Source: the human T2T-CHM13v2.0 reference genome, Homo sapiens
Strand: one strand, 5' to 3'
Assembly (NCBI RefSeq): GCF_009914755.1
Contig: NC_060931.1
Length of the DNA: 64,000 nt
Shown: positions 15,091-27,256 of the stretch, in pieces
How positions within the stretch are numbered: position 1 is the first letter of the stretch
Layout of the letters: every line of letters starts with the position of its first letter
Translations under genes and position numbers: made by a program
The notes under the pieces: generated by a model
Database searches by the model: none
Told to the model about the DNA's origin: nothing
The model's input: only the letters and a program-made list of their open reading frames with translations

Positions 15091-16466
15091 TTACTTCTGT
15101 CTAGTACTTCTGTTTTGTACCACTTTAAATGCCAAATAAAACACCAATATCTACTTTACAAAGCCAGGTCATATATCAATGCACAGCAAGGAGATATTAT
15201 GTAGAATTAATTAACTAAATCTTTAGAGAGAGTGGGACACTGTCTTCAGACTTACGTAGTTAGGTAATGCATTGTCCATGACAAAAGGGACAAAACTGGC
15301 TTTAAGACAGTGACAAATAACTATGAGTCATCCTAGGTTTCAGGCTCCATTTATCCTCTCTTCAACTCTGCTCAATATTCACAAAAGTTGCTATTGGGTA
15401 ATTTAAATTGAAAAAGACCAAGTAGACAGGGGAGCACTTCCTGGAATGAGAGACCATGTCTGTTTTTAAATACTTCTACCCTATTCATAAATATTGTACC
15501 ATTATTTTAGAAAAATTATTTGAAATACATAAAAAGCAAATGTCACACATATTCTTACTATCCATTGGTAACACATTTTAAAATACACAATTCTTTTTTA
15601 TTATAATTTGCGATTCAACTCTACTCTGAAAAAAAGTCATGAATGTCGATCCTTGAAACAGAGCTTCTTGGCCTTTGAAATTCAAGTTCAGGAATAATTT
15701 TGAGAATATAAGCATATAAAATAGAACAGGGCCTAAACACAGACATTAGGCAAATATAACTAAAGTAAGTGGCTCTTGATGACATTTTATATTCCTAATT
15801 ATTGATAAGATGACATGATCTGTAATTAACTGTTGGCTAGTTTCATTATTATTTAAATTAATAATTTAAACATAGCATTACATTCATTTTTGCTATATAA
15901 CCATGTACTAAATTAATAAATGCTGTATTGTAATTTCAAAAAATTATGACCAGCTCTATGATTACTTTAAATTAAATTAATTGGTTGGTCATTATAAATT
16001 ACTTCAACAGAATAACTTTGGAATCAGCAGAGGTCTAACATAACTTGCTTTTATTCCACAGCTTTGTTTTTGCTAGAAATCTAGTACTTCCTCTGCTGTC
16101 TTGATGATTAACATCCAAACCACTTAAAAGATCAGTCTTCAGGCATAAGGCACATTAAACCTTCTACTTTAGTTTTCTGAATCAATTTAAATGCCTGAGA
16201 ATATAATCAAATATGAATTTGTTTATTTTGGACCATATTGTCACCAATATAAAAATTTTAATATACATTAAATTAGAAAAAGCATGGACCTGTTTGAGTC
16301 TTTACAGACTGATTCAATAGATTTCGTGTAACTTTTAAAGTTAATATGAAAACTGTTATCTCCATGGAAAGATTTTATGAAGCTCAAGATCTGGTGATCA
16401 AGGATGGAGAGGATTTAGACACATCCATGAGTATTTGAGATTCATTCAACTGTAAGTCTTTCCTAG

Positions 16467-16850
16467 TGTCAAAAATCTTTGCCAAATTAAATTTAAAAGT
16501 TTAATTGAACAAAGAAAATTTGTGAATTGGGCAGCCTCCCAAGCCAGAGTAGGTTCAGAGGGACTCCGGTGCAGCCACATGGTGGAAGAAGATTTATAGA
16601 TGGAAAAACGAAAGTGAGGTACAGAAAAGAGGTGAGACACAGAAACAGCAGGATTGATTACAGCTTGGCATTTGCCTTATTTGAACATGGTTTAAACAGT
16701 TGGTCCACTTTGGCCATAACTCAGTGATTGACACAAGAGTAGGTTACAGTCCATTTACACTTTCATTTAGGTTATAGTTTACCTATGTAAACCTTCAGGC
16801 TAAACTTAAAATATGTAAGGAGGTAGTTTCAGGCTAAACTTGATTTAATA
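16467..16850 (-). mobile_element. MER57(A/B)-like ERV1 solo LTR
   Basis: Reverse complement of the MER57 consensus: gcagccacatggtggaagaagatttat, tttgccttatttgaaca, ggctaaacttaaaatatgtaaggagg. Confidence 0.85.
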
Positions 16851-17107
16851 CCGGGTAATAGAGCAACAGAATGTCCATCTCTCTTTTTCTTTTGGTCCAG
16901 TGAAATTCCAGTGTTCTTATATGCCAATAAACCATGACATACTGCCTTCTTAAAAGGCTGTTACCATTGTAAATTGTAGGCTCTTTATCATATAACAGGA
17001 GTAAGGAGATTTACCAGATAGTATCTTAAAAGACTAACTTTCACTTTAATGAATTAGATTTGAATACTGACAAGTGACTCAGGAGAAATGCAGCAACATT
17101 TAGATGA

Positions 17108-17275
17108 GAACTTCTCAGACTTAAATGGGCTTCAGAGTCAACTACAGGACTTGTTAAGCTCACATTTCTGGGCCTCTCCCAGACATTCTGATTCCCTAAG
17201 ACTTATAGAAGCCCCAGAATATGCCTTTCTAACAAGTTCCCAGGAGACAGCTAGCAGACCACATTTTGAGCAGCA
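17108..17275. mobile_element. MER5-like hAT-Charlie DNA transposon
   Basis: ttctcagactt...tttctgggcctctcccaga...ttctaacaagttcccagg...gaccacattttgagcagca. Confidence 0.7.
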
Positions 17276-17754
17276 ATTTTTCCAAATGATAGTTACTTTG
17301 CATTTCTTCTTGTATAAATTTAAAAATTTGAGCAACAAAAAAATTAAAATGTCTAAGATAAATATTGACTGCCAATTTTTCTAGACATCATCAAACCCAT
17401 TTCAACTCCATTTCTAACTCTCACTAACTTTGAAGATGTTAAAAGATTTTCAATAAGTGAATGAAACCCTTAACGTGTTTGGAGCAAGGCTTATATTAGT
17501 ATTTTAAGTTTTTTTCTCATTAGCAACCTTGCCAAGTCCAGAAATATTTTTACCCTATTTATAAAATAGAAAATTAAAATCCATTTTTATACCAGATGCA
17601 AAATCAGCTTGCATGTTACCATGGTAAAGCTTTCTTCAAACCACTGAATAAATTGCTGGCCGGGTGCGGTGGCTCACGCCTGTAATCCTAGCACTTTGGG
17701 AGGCCAAGATGGGCAGATCACGAGGTCATTCTTCAAACCACTGTATAAATTCCC

Positions 17755-18237
<483 letters not shown>

Positions 18238-19115
18238 CTAATGGAGTGATTGGATAAAGATAATTTCTGCCAGTCTAGAAACATAATCTGAAATTCCTTG
18301 ATAAAGTAAACAAAGACAAATAGGCAAAATGCAGTGACATAATCTTTTTTAAGTAAAAATTCATAAAAATTGTGCATTCAACTACAGCTCTATAGTTTTT
18401 AATATGTACACAAATGTTTTAAACCATTTATCAGCTCAAACACATGAGTTTTTTTTTCCTAAACATCTTTCAGTTTCAGTGACATGGCAAGAATTTGCCA
18501 TCAATGACTCTTAAGTAAACAGCAGTTCTCACGTATCAGACCTGAGAGAAGGCCTGCTGAGAAGGGGTACAGGAACAAGTCTTGCTCTTATGGGGATTTC
18601 TTTCACCTGGGCTATCATCTTCCTTAGAAAAGTGATATGAAGATAGTAAATTCTAGGCTTGATGCCAAACTTAGAAACCACAATGATAACCCCATGAATA
18701 GAGCAAGTTTTTATCATGCTTAGGAGTGGGTGATGGAGATGAACACTTAAAGATTATGAATTTGCCTAGATCCACTTTGTGGGTTTAGAGAAACTTCATT
18801 TGTTCTAGAGAAGTGGAATTTTGTGAGCTTCTCTTGAAGCCCACAGAACTCAGACTTCTATGGATATAAAGTTATGATTAAGGAGTAATTCTTTAAACAT
18901 TCGGTATTATGTGTGAGTTTTGTGGAAGAAGAAATGTAGCAGGAGCTGAAAATTTAAAAAGACGTCACCAACAAAATTATTATCTATCATGAAGCATATG
19001 CTGGCCTCATTCACTCAAAGAGCTAATGCGTGTATCCTCTAGGGCTATCTCTGAAACCTAGAGGCAGACTTAGAGGACATGGGAGTAACCATTCCAGATA
19101 TTTTTACCTCCCTAG

Positions 19116-19119
<4 letters not shown>

Positions 19120-19183
<64 letters not shown>
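19120..19183 (+). repeat. (GA)n microsatellite, about 32 units
   Basis: Uninterrupted GA run. Confidence 0.98.
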
Positions 19184-19188
<5 letters not shown>

Positions 19189-19963
19189 TTGATTTAGGGC
19201 TAGAGTTAAAGTTAGGGTTAGGAAAAAAAAAGTGGTTTTTATTAAGAAAACCCACTTTCTTACCTACTTTAGGTTTCTAGGTAGCAGGTATATTATCATT
19301 ATTATTATTTTTAACATTCTTTTTATTTGCTGGTGCCAGCTTGAGGTACACAGTTTGTGCTTCATATGGGTTCACCTTTATAGAAAGTGTACCTTGACAA
19401 TTGCAACATCAGTATAGTAACTTCCTCCTTGAGAAATGCCTGAGGGCTTGGTGCTATATTCATTTTAAGAGGCTGAGGTTAGCTTTTACTTTTTTCTGAA
19501 CTCTTTGAAATTTGTTTACTACAATTTGAATATGACGTTTGAATCTGACTTTACACAAACTCCTCATTCCTGATTATCCTTCCTGTTTTTTAAGATTCGC
19601 TAAGTTGATATCGGCATGATATACAAGTTCATCAACTGTACCGATTACATTACAAAGTCAGGAATCATTCAAATATTTCAAACAGAGGAAAATAATTACA
19701 AGGAATTTGTTATAAAGTTGTTGGATGAACAAGAAGAGCAAAGAAAAGAACATGTGTGGTCCTAAAAATTAGGAAGCTGATAATACCTTTGGCCGGAGGC
19801 TACCAGCCCTTTACCCTGCCCTCACTGCTACATGAGTACACTGAAGAAGCCTGAACCACAATGCTTCTTTCTTCTGCCATCTTTATATTTCCCTCCAGTC
19901 TCTCCAGTTGGGTAAAGAGAAAGATAATTGGCAAAGGAGTCAGGGAAATACAATATTCAGCAT

Positions 19964-20056
19964 ATTTATATATGTAGTGTATATATATATTATATATGTA
20001 TATATATATGTATAATAGTGTATATATAATATATATATACACTACATATACGTATG
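19964..20056. repeat. Degenerate (TA)n repeat
   Basis: About 90 bp of TA with scattered G/C interruptions. Confidence 0.9.
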
Positions 20057-20192
20057 TAAAACCCAACAGTACAGGGTAGAATATAGAAGGGCAAAACGAA
20101 GTTAAGATACATGATAATTCATTCCCCTTTGTTGATTAAAATTAGACATGCACTAGCCTTTTGTATCATTATCATTTTTCATCTTCTGGTAA

Positions 20193-20598
<406 letters not shown>

Positions 20599-21307
20599 TT
20601 CACATTGGTTCATTTTATGAGAGCTTTTTGCTATACCAAAATATATAAAATAAAGATTGGTAAATATTGACAGCTCAAATAACATATTTAGATTTATAAT
20701 TTAAGTCATACAATCTTCTGCTAAAAATATAAAATGTTGTGCTTAAGAAAAACTATCACTTTTCTTTTATTGCTTGCCAGGCTAATAATACTGGCTGGCT
20801 TTCTCCCTACTCAGTCTATGGTATATGCCAATAACTACCATAATAGAATGATCCTAGGATTGTCTTTCCATGGCATAGGCAAAATGTTGGTAATTAAACC
20901 CTTTCCTACAAAATGAGTCATTCAGCCTGTGTGATGCAGTTGAGAACATATATGATTACAATTTTTGTATTGCCATTTTAGGATTTTCAGAATATGTACT
21001 CTCCACTGTAAATTTTTCAAATGTGAGTACTAAACTCTCAAAATCGAATTCATTACACAGCAAATTATCCAAATTTTAATATGTTCACAATAAATATCAG
21101 CATGTTTTTAAAAAATTGTCAAAGCAATGCTGGCACCTATAAATGTTAATTTTATCAACTTTTTCTGGATTTTAATTTTTTATTTAAATTTTAATGTTTC
21201 TAATATTTCATTACCACTTTAATCACAAAAGATAACTGCCACATGTTGAATGTCTGTTACAGACTAGGCAGTATAGAAGGGTTTACATGTCATGTATTTC
21301 ATTTCAC

Positions 21308-21427
21308 TTTTTTTTTTTTTTTTGAAACAGGATTTAGCTATGCTGCTCAGAACTCCTGGGCTCAAGTGATCTTGTCACCTTAGCTTTCTGAGTAGCTGAG
21401 ACTACAGGTGTGTGCCACCATGCTAGG
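21308..21427 (-). mobile_element. FLAM/FAM Alu monomer inserted in a MIR
   Basis: Poly(T) plus aactcctgggctcaagtgatc...gagtagctgagactacaggtgtgtgccacca; TSD gtttacat(g/a)tcat(g/a)tattt. Confidence 0.85.
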
Positions 21428-21679
21428 TTTACATATCATATATTTTAAGGCAAAATATATGTAGCTTCATATTTAATCCTCATTGAAAATTTTTAAGTTG
21501 TGTTATCCCATTTTATAAATGAGTTTACATAATTTTTCTCTGGTCACACAGGTAGTGGAATAGATATTCAAAATCAAGTTTGCCTAACTCCAGATCCATC
21601 TTTTGGCCTCTGTATCCTGCCAGATAAGAGATCAGCTACCATTTTTTAATCAAACAGTTCTTATAATAATTATATTTGT

Positions 21680-21810
21680 ATTGATCTTCTCTGTCCTCTA
21701 CTGTAAATTAACAAAGGACTACTGCTGTCTTAGGCTTCCTCATAGCTTCTTTGCACTAACTGTAGTGTTCTTTACTACATAGTAGATACATTGCTTGAAT
21801 GAATGAATGA
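21680..21810 (+). mobile_element. L2 3' end
   Basis: Ends in catagtagatacattgcttgaatgaatgaatga, the typical L2 tail. Confidence 0.55.
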
Positions 21811-22869
21811 TGTTAATTCTCCAGAAAAACAACTCTCTAAGGTAACTTGTTTGTTTATATCATTTTAGTTTTATAGTTAACAAAGTTTGCTATTTTGGAA
21901 GCTGAGATATAGTCTCACTTTGCAAAATTTCAAAAGCTGAGAGAAGAATCTGGTCGCATTATAAGCTATACACAAGAATTACATTGTTTTGTTCCTCCTT
22001 TGCTCCCCTTTCCTTTTTTCCCCCATAATATATGGGCTCTATGCTAGTGTTGTTACAAGCATTTGCGTGAATTCTTTGGAGTGACAAAGACTTTTCCTCT
22101 AAACTACATAAAGGAAATGAAGTCTATTAATTAATACATTAATTTAGATACAGAACTATAGTCATATTTTGTTTTTTGTGTTCGATGCTTTTGGCACATT
22201 TTCAAAATGAAGTTTTTACCAAAACACATAAAAATAAAACAATGATTCTAAATCATTGGACTTACTATCTAACATCTTGCATTACTAACTCTGACTTTTC
22301 ATTCTTATGAGACCATAGGGTGCTCAGGAAGGCATCTTTTGATGTGTGACTATCCTTAAATGAAATGAGGACAGTGTTTGTGCAGCTGCTGACAGCTTTA
22401 GCAGTTCTCTGCTCTGGGAATAAAACTTTAACAGAAAACTAAAAAGCAGAGACTTCTCCTAGTTTAGCACAATTATATGGTACCCATATTTGATATTAAT
22501 GTTTCCTTTTTCCAAGTTATGGATTTCATGTGAAATTACATTACTGCATTCAGTTAGCAGCAAAATCATCATTTTTTCCCCTGGAAGATATTAAGTGTAA
22601 AACCACTAATATTTGCTTGTATGATTTTCAAGCTATCTAAATATGAACATGTGCATGTAATTACACTCCCACACACATACATAAATAAAGGCTCTTTGCT
22701 ATATTTATTCCTTGATATTGGCTATTACACATTGTAAATGAGATTCTAAGCAAACCGTGTTTATTCATCTGCAGATCTCTCATCTGAGCTCACATCAGCT
22801 GTTTTCTTGTTTCATTTTCTTAATTATTGATGCTGTCACTGAAGCAGGAGTTGTACATCTGGTACAATG

Positions 22870-23030
22870 GTGAAAGGGGGATGGGAAAACAGTAGGGGAG
22901 GAGGAGTAAGATGAGGAGGAACAGGCAAAGAAATGTGAGGAGAAGGGTGATGGGGAAAAGGAAAGAAAGGAATGGGGAAGAGGGAGATGAGAAAGGAGAG
23001 GTATAAGAGAAAGGTGAGGAAGATGATAAA
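22870..23030 (+). repeat. Purine-rich (G/A) low-complexity tract
   Basis: About 160 bp strongly biased to G and A on the + strand. Confidence 0.85.
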
Positions 23031-25850
23031 AGTCACCAAAGTGTTTCCCCATGTACTTAAAAAACATCACATGAGACCAAATTTGAAAAAAGAAAAAACA
23101 GAAGTACTGAAAACAGAAGATGAAACTGAAATCCAACACATAGAAATGTACATGCGCCCAAACTCAGATCAAATTTAAAAAGTAGCTAAACAAGTAAACT
23201 TTCTGTAATGAACTGACAAATGGACTTGTTTTAAGTCTGTCAGTAATGTTGTTACAGTACATTTAATTGACAGCTGGCATTTGAGGAATGACTCATATTT
23301 AAAGAGTGGGCTTTGCTCAAAAAATTATTTTACATTTCACCTTTAGTTTCTGATAGGAATATTTTCAAAGGTTAAAATGATAAGCTGAACAAAGCCTAAA
23401 TGACATCCATAGTCCATGGTTATAGACCATAGCCATAGTCATAGACAGGGGATGTATTACATCTTTCAGTATGGCCTTAGTCATTTAACAGATTAGCCTG
23501 AAGCTAATGTAAGTTTCAAACTTTTCTCTCAAATTGAGTGAAGCTCACCTATCTAATTTAATAAGAAAAAGACTTTAGAACTTGATTCTGATGACTAACA
23601 AAAGAGGAAAACAAATATCAGAACAAGCAAAAGTCTTGGTAAATTAGATAATACAGCTTTTTCCTTTCTTTTTTCTTTTTTTTGTCTTAATTTTTATTTC
23701 TAAGTTTGAAGGCAGAACATGTAATTCATCTCTTAAACATCTGTGTGTATAAATAGCTAAGCATATTTTTTAACTCTGAATATATGAATATTCCTTGAAT
23801 GTTGCAATTCAGTTTTTATCTGTACTATCTTCTTTAGCAACATATAATAAAATATAAAAGAAATCTTGAATGCTACCTTGAAAGGAGGAGATTTGGATTG
23901 TGTTAAACCTCATTTTAATTTTGACAACCTAATTGAACTTGAGGAAAGTGAGAACAAAATGAGCAGCATTTTTGTGTGCTCTTATTAGATTGGAGATTTT
24001 ACAGAACTTCTTTTCACTTGTAAACCTTTTCACATCTGAACTGTTTTTCACCTGTAAACCTTCGAAGACCAAATTGGTCAGTGAATTCTGTTATTCAGAT
24101 TTAGCTAATGTTCATCCTGAATATAATTGTTTTATTTTTTTGTTCTGATACCCTTATTAACAATCAGTATACCTCTATATTTCCTATTTTAATTCTTTTC
24201 TTATAAAATACTGTAAAACAGTACTAAATAAATTTAGAGTAGGTGTGTAGGCTTTGGTAGGTTGGATTTTTTTTATTTGTACTAATACGAAAGTAATGAT
24301 GATTTCATTAACATTTGCATTGTAGATATTGTCTGGGATGTTGTGATTTGAAAGTGGTGAGATCAAAGGGTAAGATTATTCAGTCTGATCTTGAGATCTG
24401 CAGTCCCAGAGTCTTGATATTTTCTTTGTATTCAGAAGGTACCAGGAGCTGACTGACTAATGCTAACTCTTAAGAGATTGGTTTGCAATTGATTTACAGT
24501 GAGGAAGATAACTGATGAGGGAATTGGTCACTGAAGCCCATTCATCAGTCCTTCATCTCCCAGTCTGAATATCTTCTAGGCAGCAATCTGTTTGTTTGGA
24601 GTTGTCTAGATGGCTCTCCTATTAAAATCATGATGAGAAATATATGGGCATATTTGCTGCAGGGTAAACTTTGGGTCTTCAGATCAGAGACTATCCTTCT
24701 CTATACAGAAGTAAAGACCTATTGCAAGTAAAGGTTCTTTGGTCCCTGTCTTTTCTATTTCTTTCCATTTGCATATTCAGCATGGATCAGCAGGGAAACT
24801 GCCTTCTAAGACACTTAAGGACCAGGCTGCTGAAAAATTCTTCTTCATATAGGCTCCCAAAATAATTTCAGCAAGAATAAAGGATTGTCACTCTGGTAAT
24901 TTAATGCCTTTTTCCAGAAGTCACATGCCACTTTCACTCATATTTTATTAGTCAAATATAATGGCAGGTAATCTTACTTAAATGTAATAAGGGCAGCAAA
25001 GCCTTATAATAGATGTAGAAGATGGAGAATTAGAATATTTGGGAAAATTCTTTTTATGGTTTCATTCTAAAAACATATTTTAATAAAGTGATTGACACAA
25101 ACACTTGATATCTCCAATTAAAATAAATATAGAAACTTTTTAATTTTTGCCTCATAAGTTATTAGGCTAAACTATTCACAAAATAATAAAATCTAGCAAT
25201 AATCTTTATTCTTGCTGAAGACTACTTTTTGTGATCTTCACCTGAGCAAATTTTTCATAGTCCACAGGACTGGAGGGTCAGATTTTCTGCCACTGCCGGG
25301 CACAAGGGTCACAGTGGTTTATAATTCTTCCAGAAGAGATTTATTCAGGACCTGGGAAGAATTATTTCTAATTGATTTCATCAAGAGGAAAAGGAGAGAG
25401 GAATTCCTAAGGACACCCACACACAACAGTCTGAGGAAGCTTCTGTCATCATCTGTTTTGCACAGACCCAGGTTTGCTGAATCCAAGGTACAAGCTTTTG
25501 TTCAGACTCTAGAAAGGTCTAGAGGACCCTTCTCCCCACATGGAGGAAAGTTGAGGCTGCTCCCAGTGGCCTGATAGCAGTTCCTTATGATAACAATTTA
25601 TCACCATTTAAAAACCCTAAAAATAGACTAAATTATTTACACTACACAGATTTAGATCTTACTTTTTTATTTTGCTCCAAATAATATTTGTGAATATTCT
25701 CACTGGCAGAAAAATCAAAGTGGACCACCAGAATGTTAGATGATCATTTGGATCTTTACCCTCACAAAACCAAAAGGTTGATAGGCCTGATAAGGTAATT
25801 GTGCTATGGAGAATTGTGAACATCAACAGACCAGAGAGAATATCATTTTA

Positions 25851-26212
25851 TCTATGTCAAGATTGCAAAAGTAAAGTAGATTAAAATCTAATATTAACTT
25901 ACTTATACATTTTAATTTTATTTTTTGAATAGTCATACATTCACCTAGTTAAAATACAAAAATGAGATTTAAAAAACATACATTGATTAAGTTTCATTTT
26001 TATTTGTCTCTGTTCATGTATTCCTAACTTTGTCTGTGTCAAGATTGCAAAAGTAAAGTAGATTAAAATCTAATCTTAACTTATTTATACATTTTAATTT
26101 TATTTTTTGAATAGTCATACATTCACCTAGTTAAAATACAAAAATGAGATTTAAAAAACATACATTGATTAAGTTTCATTTTTGTCTCTGTTCATGTATT
26201 CCTAACTTTGTC
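25851..26212 (+). repeat. 182-bp tandem duplication, two near-identical copies
   Basis: tgtcaagattgcaaaagtaaagtagattaaaatctaat... at 25855 and 26037; a few substitutions and one 4-nt indel. Confidence 0.95.
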
Positions 26213-26730
26213 CCCATTCCTAACTTAGTTTCTTTTGTATCTTTTTAGCCTATTTAGTTTCTTTTGTATCTTTTTAGTCTATCTTTCTGAAAATATAAGC
26301 AAATATCTTTTTATACTTTTATATTTTCATCTCTTCTTTTATATAGAATTTAACATACTATATCCACTGCCTTGTACCTTCGTCTTTCCACTTCATGACA
26401 TGTCCTGGAGATTTTTCCATAATACTGAGGGAATCTTCATTCTCTCTTAGAGATGCAAGGCAGAGTGGTTATTCCATAGAGGACACTGGATTGTTTTCAC
26501 TCTTTCATTACCACAAATAATGTGCAAACCTGATTTCTTTTATGTGTGGAGTGTATCTGAGGGATAACTATCTTGAAGTGAGATTGCTGTGTCAAAGAGC
26601 AAATGAATTTTATGCTTAATAGATTTTTCCAAATTTCCCTCCATAAATGAGTAATTTGACACAAGTTTTCCATCGAAGTATATTGAAAAATTTTAAATTT
26701 TTGGCAACATGATACATAAGAATCGTCAGT
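25910..26730 (-). mobile_element. Old L1 (L1MC/MD/ME-like) 3' end
   Basis: Antisense L1 3'UTR motifs tgtcctggagatttttccata, ggacactggattgttttc, gaagtgagattgctgtgtcaaag. Confidence 0.6.
26225..26282 (+). repeat. 29-bp tandem duplication
   Basis: ttagtttcttttgtatctttttag(c/t)ctat twice. Confidence 0.9.
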
Positions 26731-26811
26731 CTCACCAGAAATCCATTGGTCAAAGAGCCATTGGCAAGGCAGAAGTTCAAGAAATATTCTTATACATATA
26801 AATTAAATGAC

Positions 26812-27256
26812 TGTTCTTAAAGTGAACTAAATAATGGCCTAAGAGGGACTCTGTACTTCTATATTTGAGTCCTTGTGGATGAACAGTAATCTAACTTCAT
26901 AGGTAGACAAGGTTGAAAACCTAACTTAGGCGTATGTGCCTGTAATAATAGCTGAGTCTTGGTCAATCCCAGCAGCCATACTTCGACCACATACTTCAAC
27001 CACTCATACACTACTGAGTGTTTAGACCATGTTCAAATAAGGCAAATGCCAACCTGTAACCAATCTAGTTGTTTCTGTACCTCACTTCCATTTTGTGTAC
27101 ATCACTTTTCTTTTGCTGTCCATAAATCTTCTTCCACCACGTTGGTGCACTGGAGTCTCTCTGAATCCGCTGTGATTCTGGGGACTGCCCAATTTGTGAA
27201 TCATTCGCTGCTCAAACTCTTTTAAATTTAATTTGGCTGAAGTTTTTCTTTTCACA
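26812..27256 (+). mobile_element. MER57A1-like ERV1 solo LTR
   Basis: gtacttctatatttgagtccttgtgga, gttcaaataaggcaaa, tgtaaccaatc, cataaatcttcttccaccacg; tg...ca termini. Confidence 0.88.

Noticed and set aside
22795-23178. Ser/Pro/Phe-rich and Lys/Arg/Glu-rich ORFs
   Set aside because: By-products of the purine-rich low-complexity tract, which is depleted of stop codons.
24004-24062. Imperfect 34-bp-period doublet (ttttcac.tgtaaacctt)
   Set aside because: Short, diverged slippage duplication with no further structure.
25212-25574. 120-aa ORF in non-repetitive sequence
   Set aside because: It starts at TTG, has no recognisable domain and only weak splice-site candidates. This length is plausible by chance in 64 kb.
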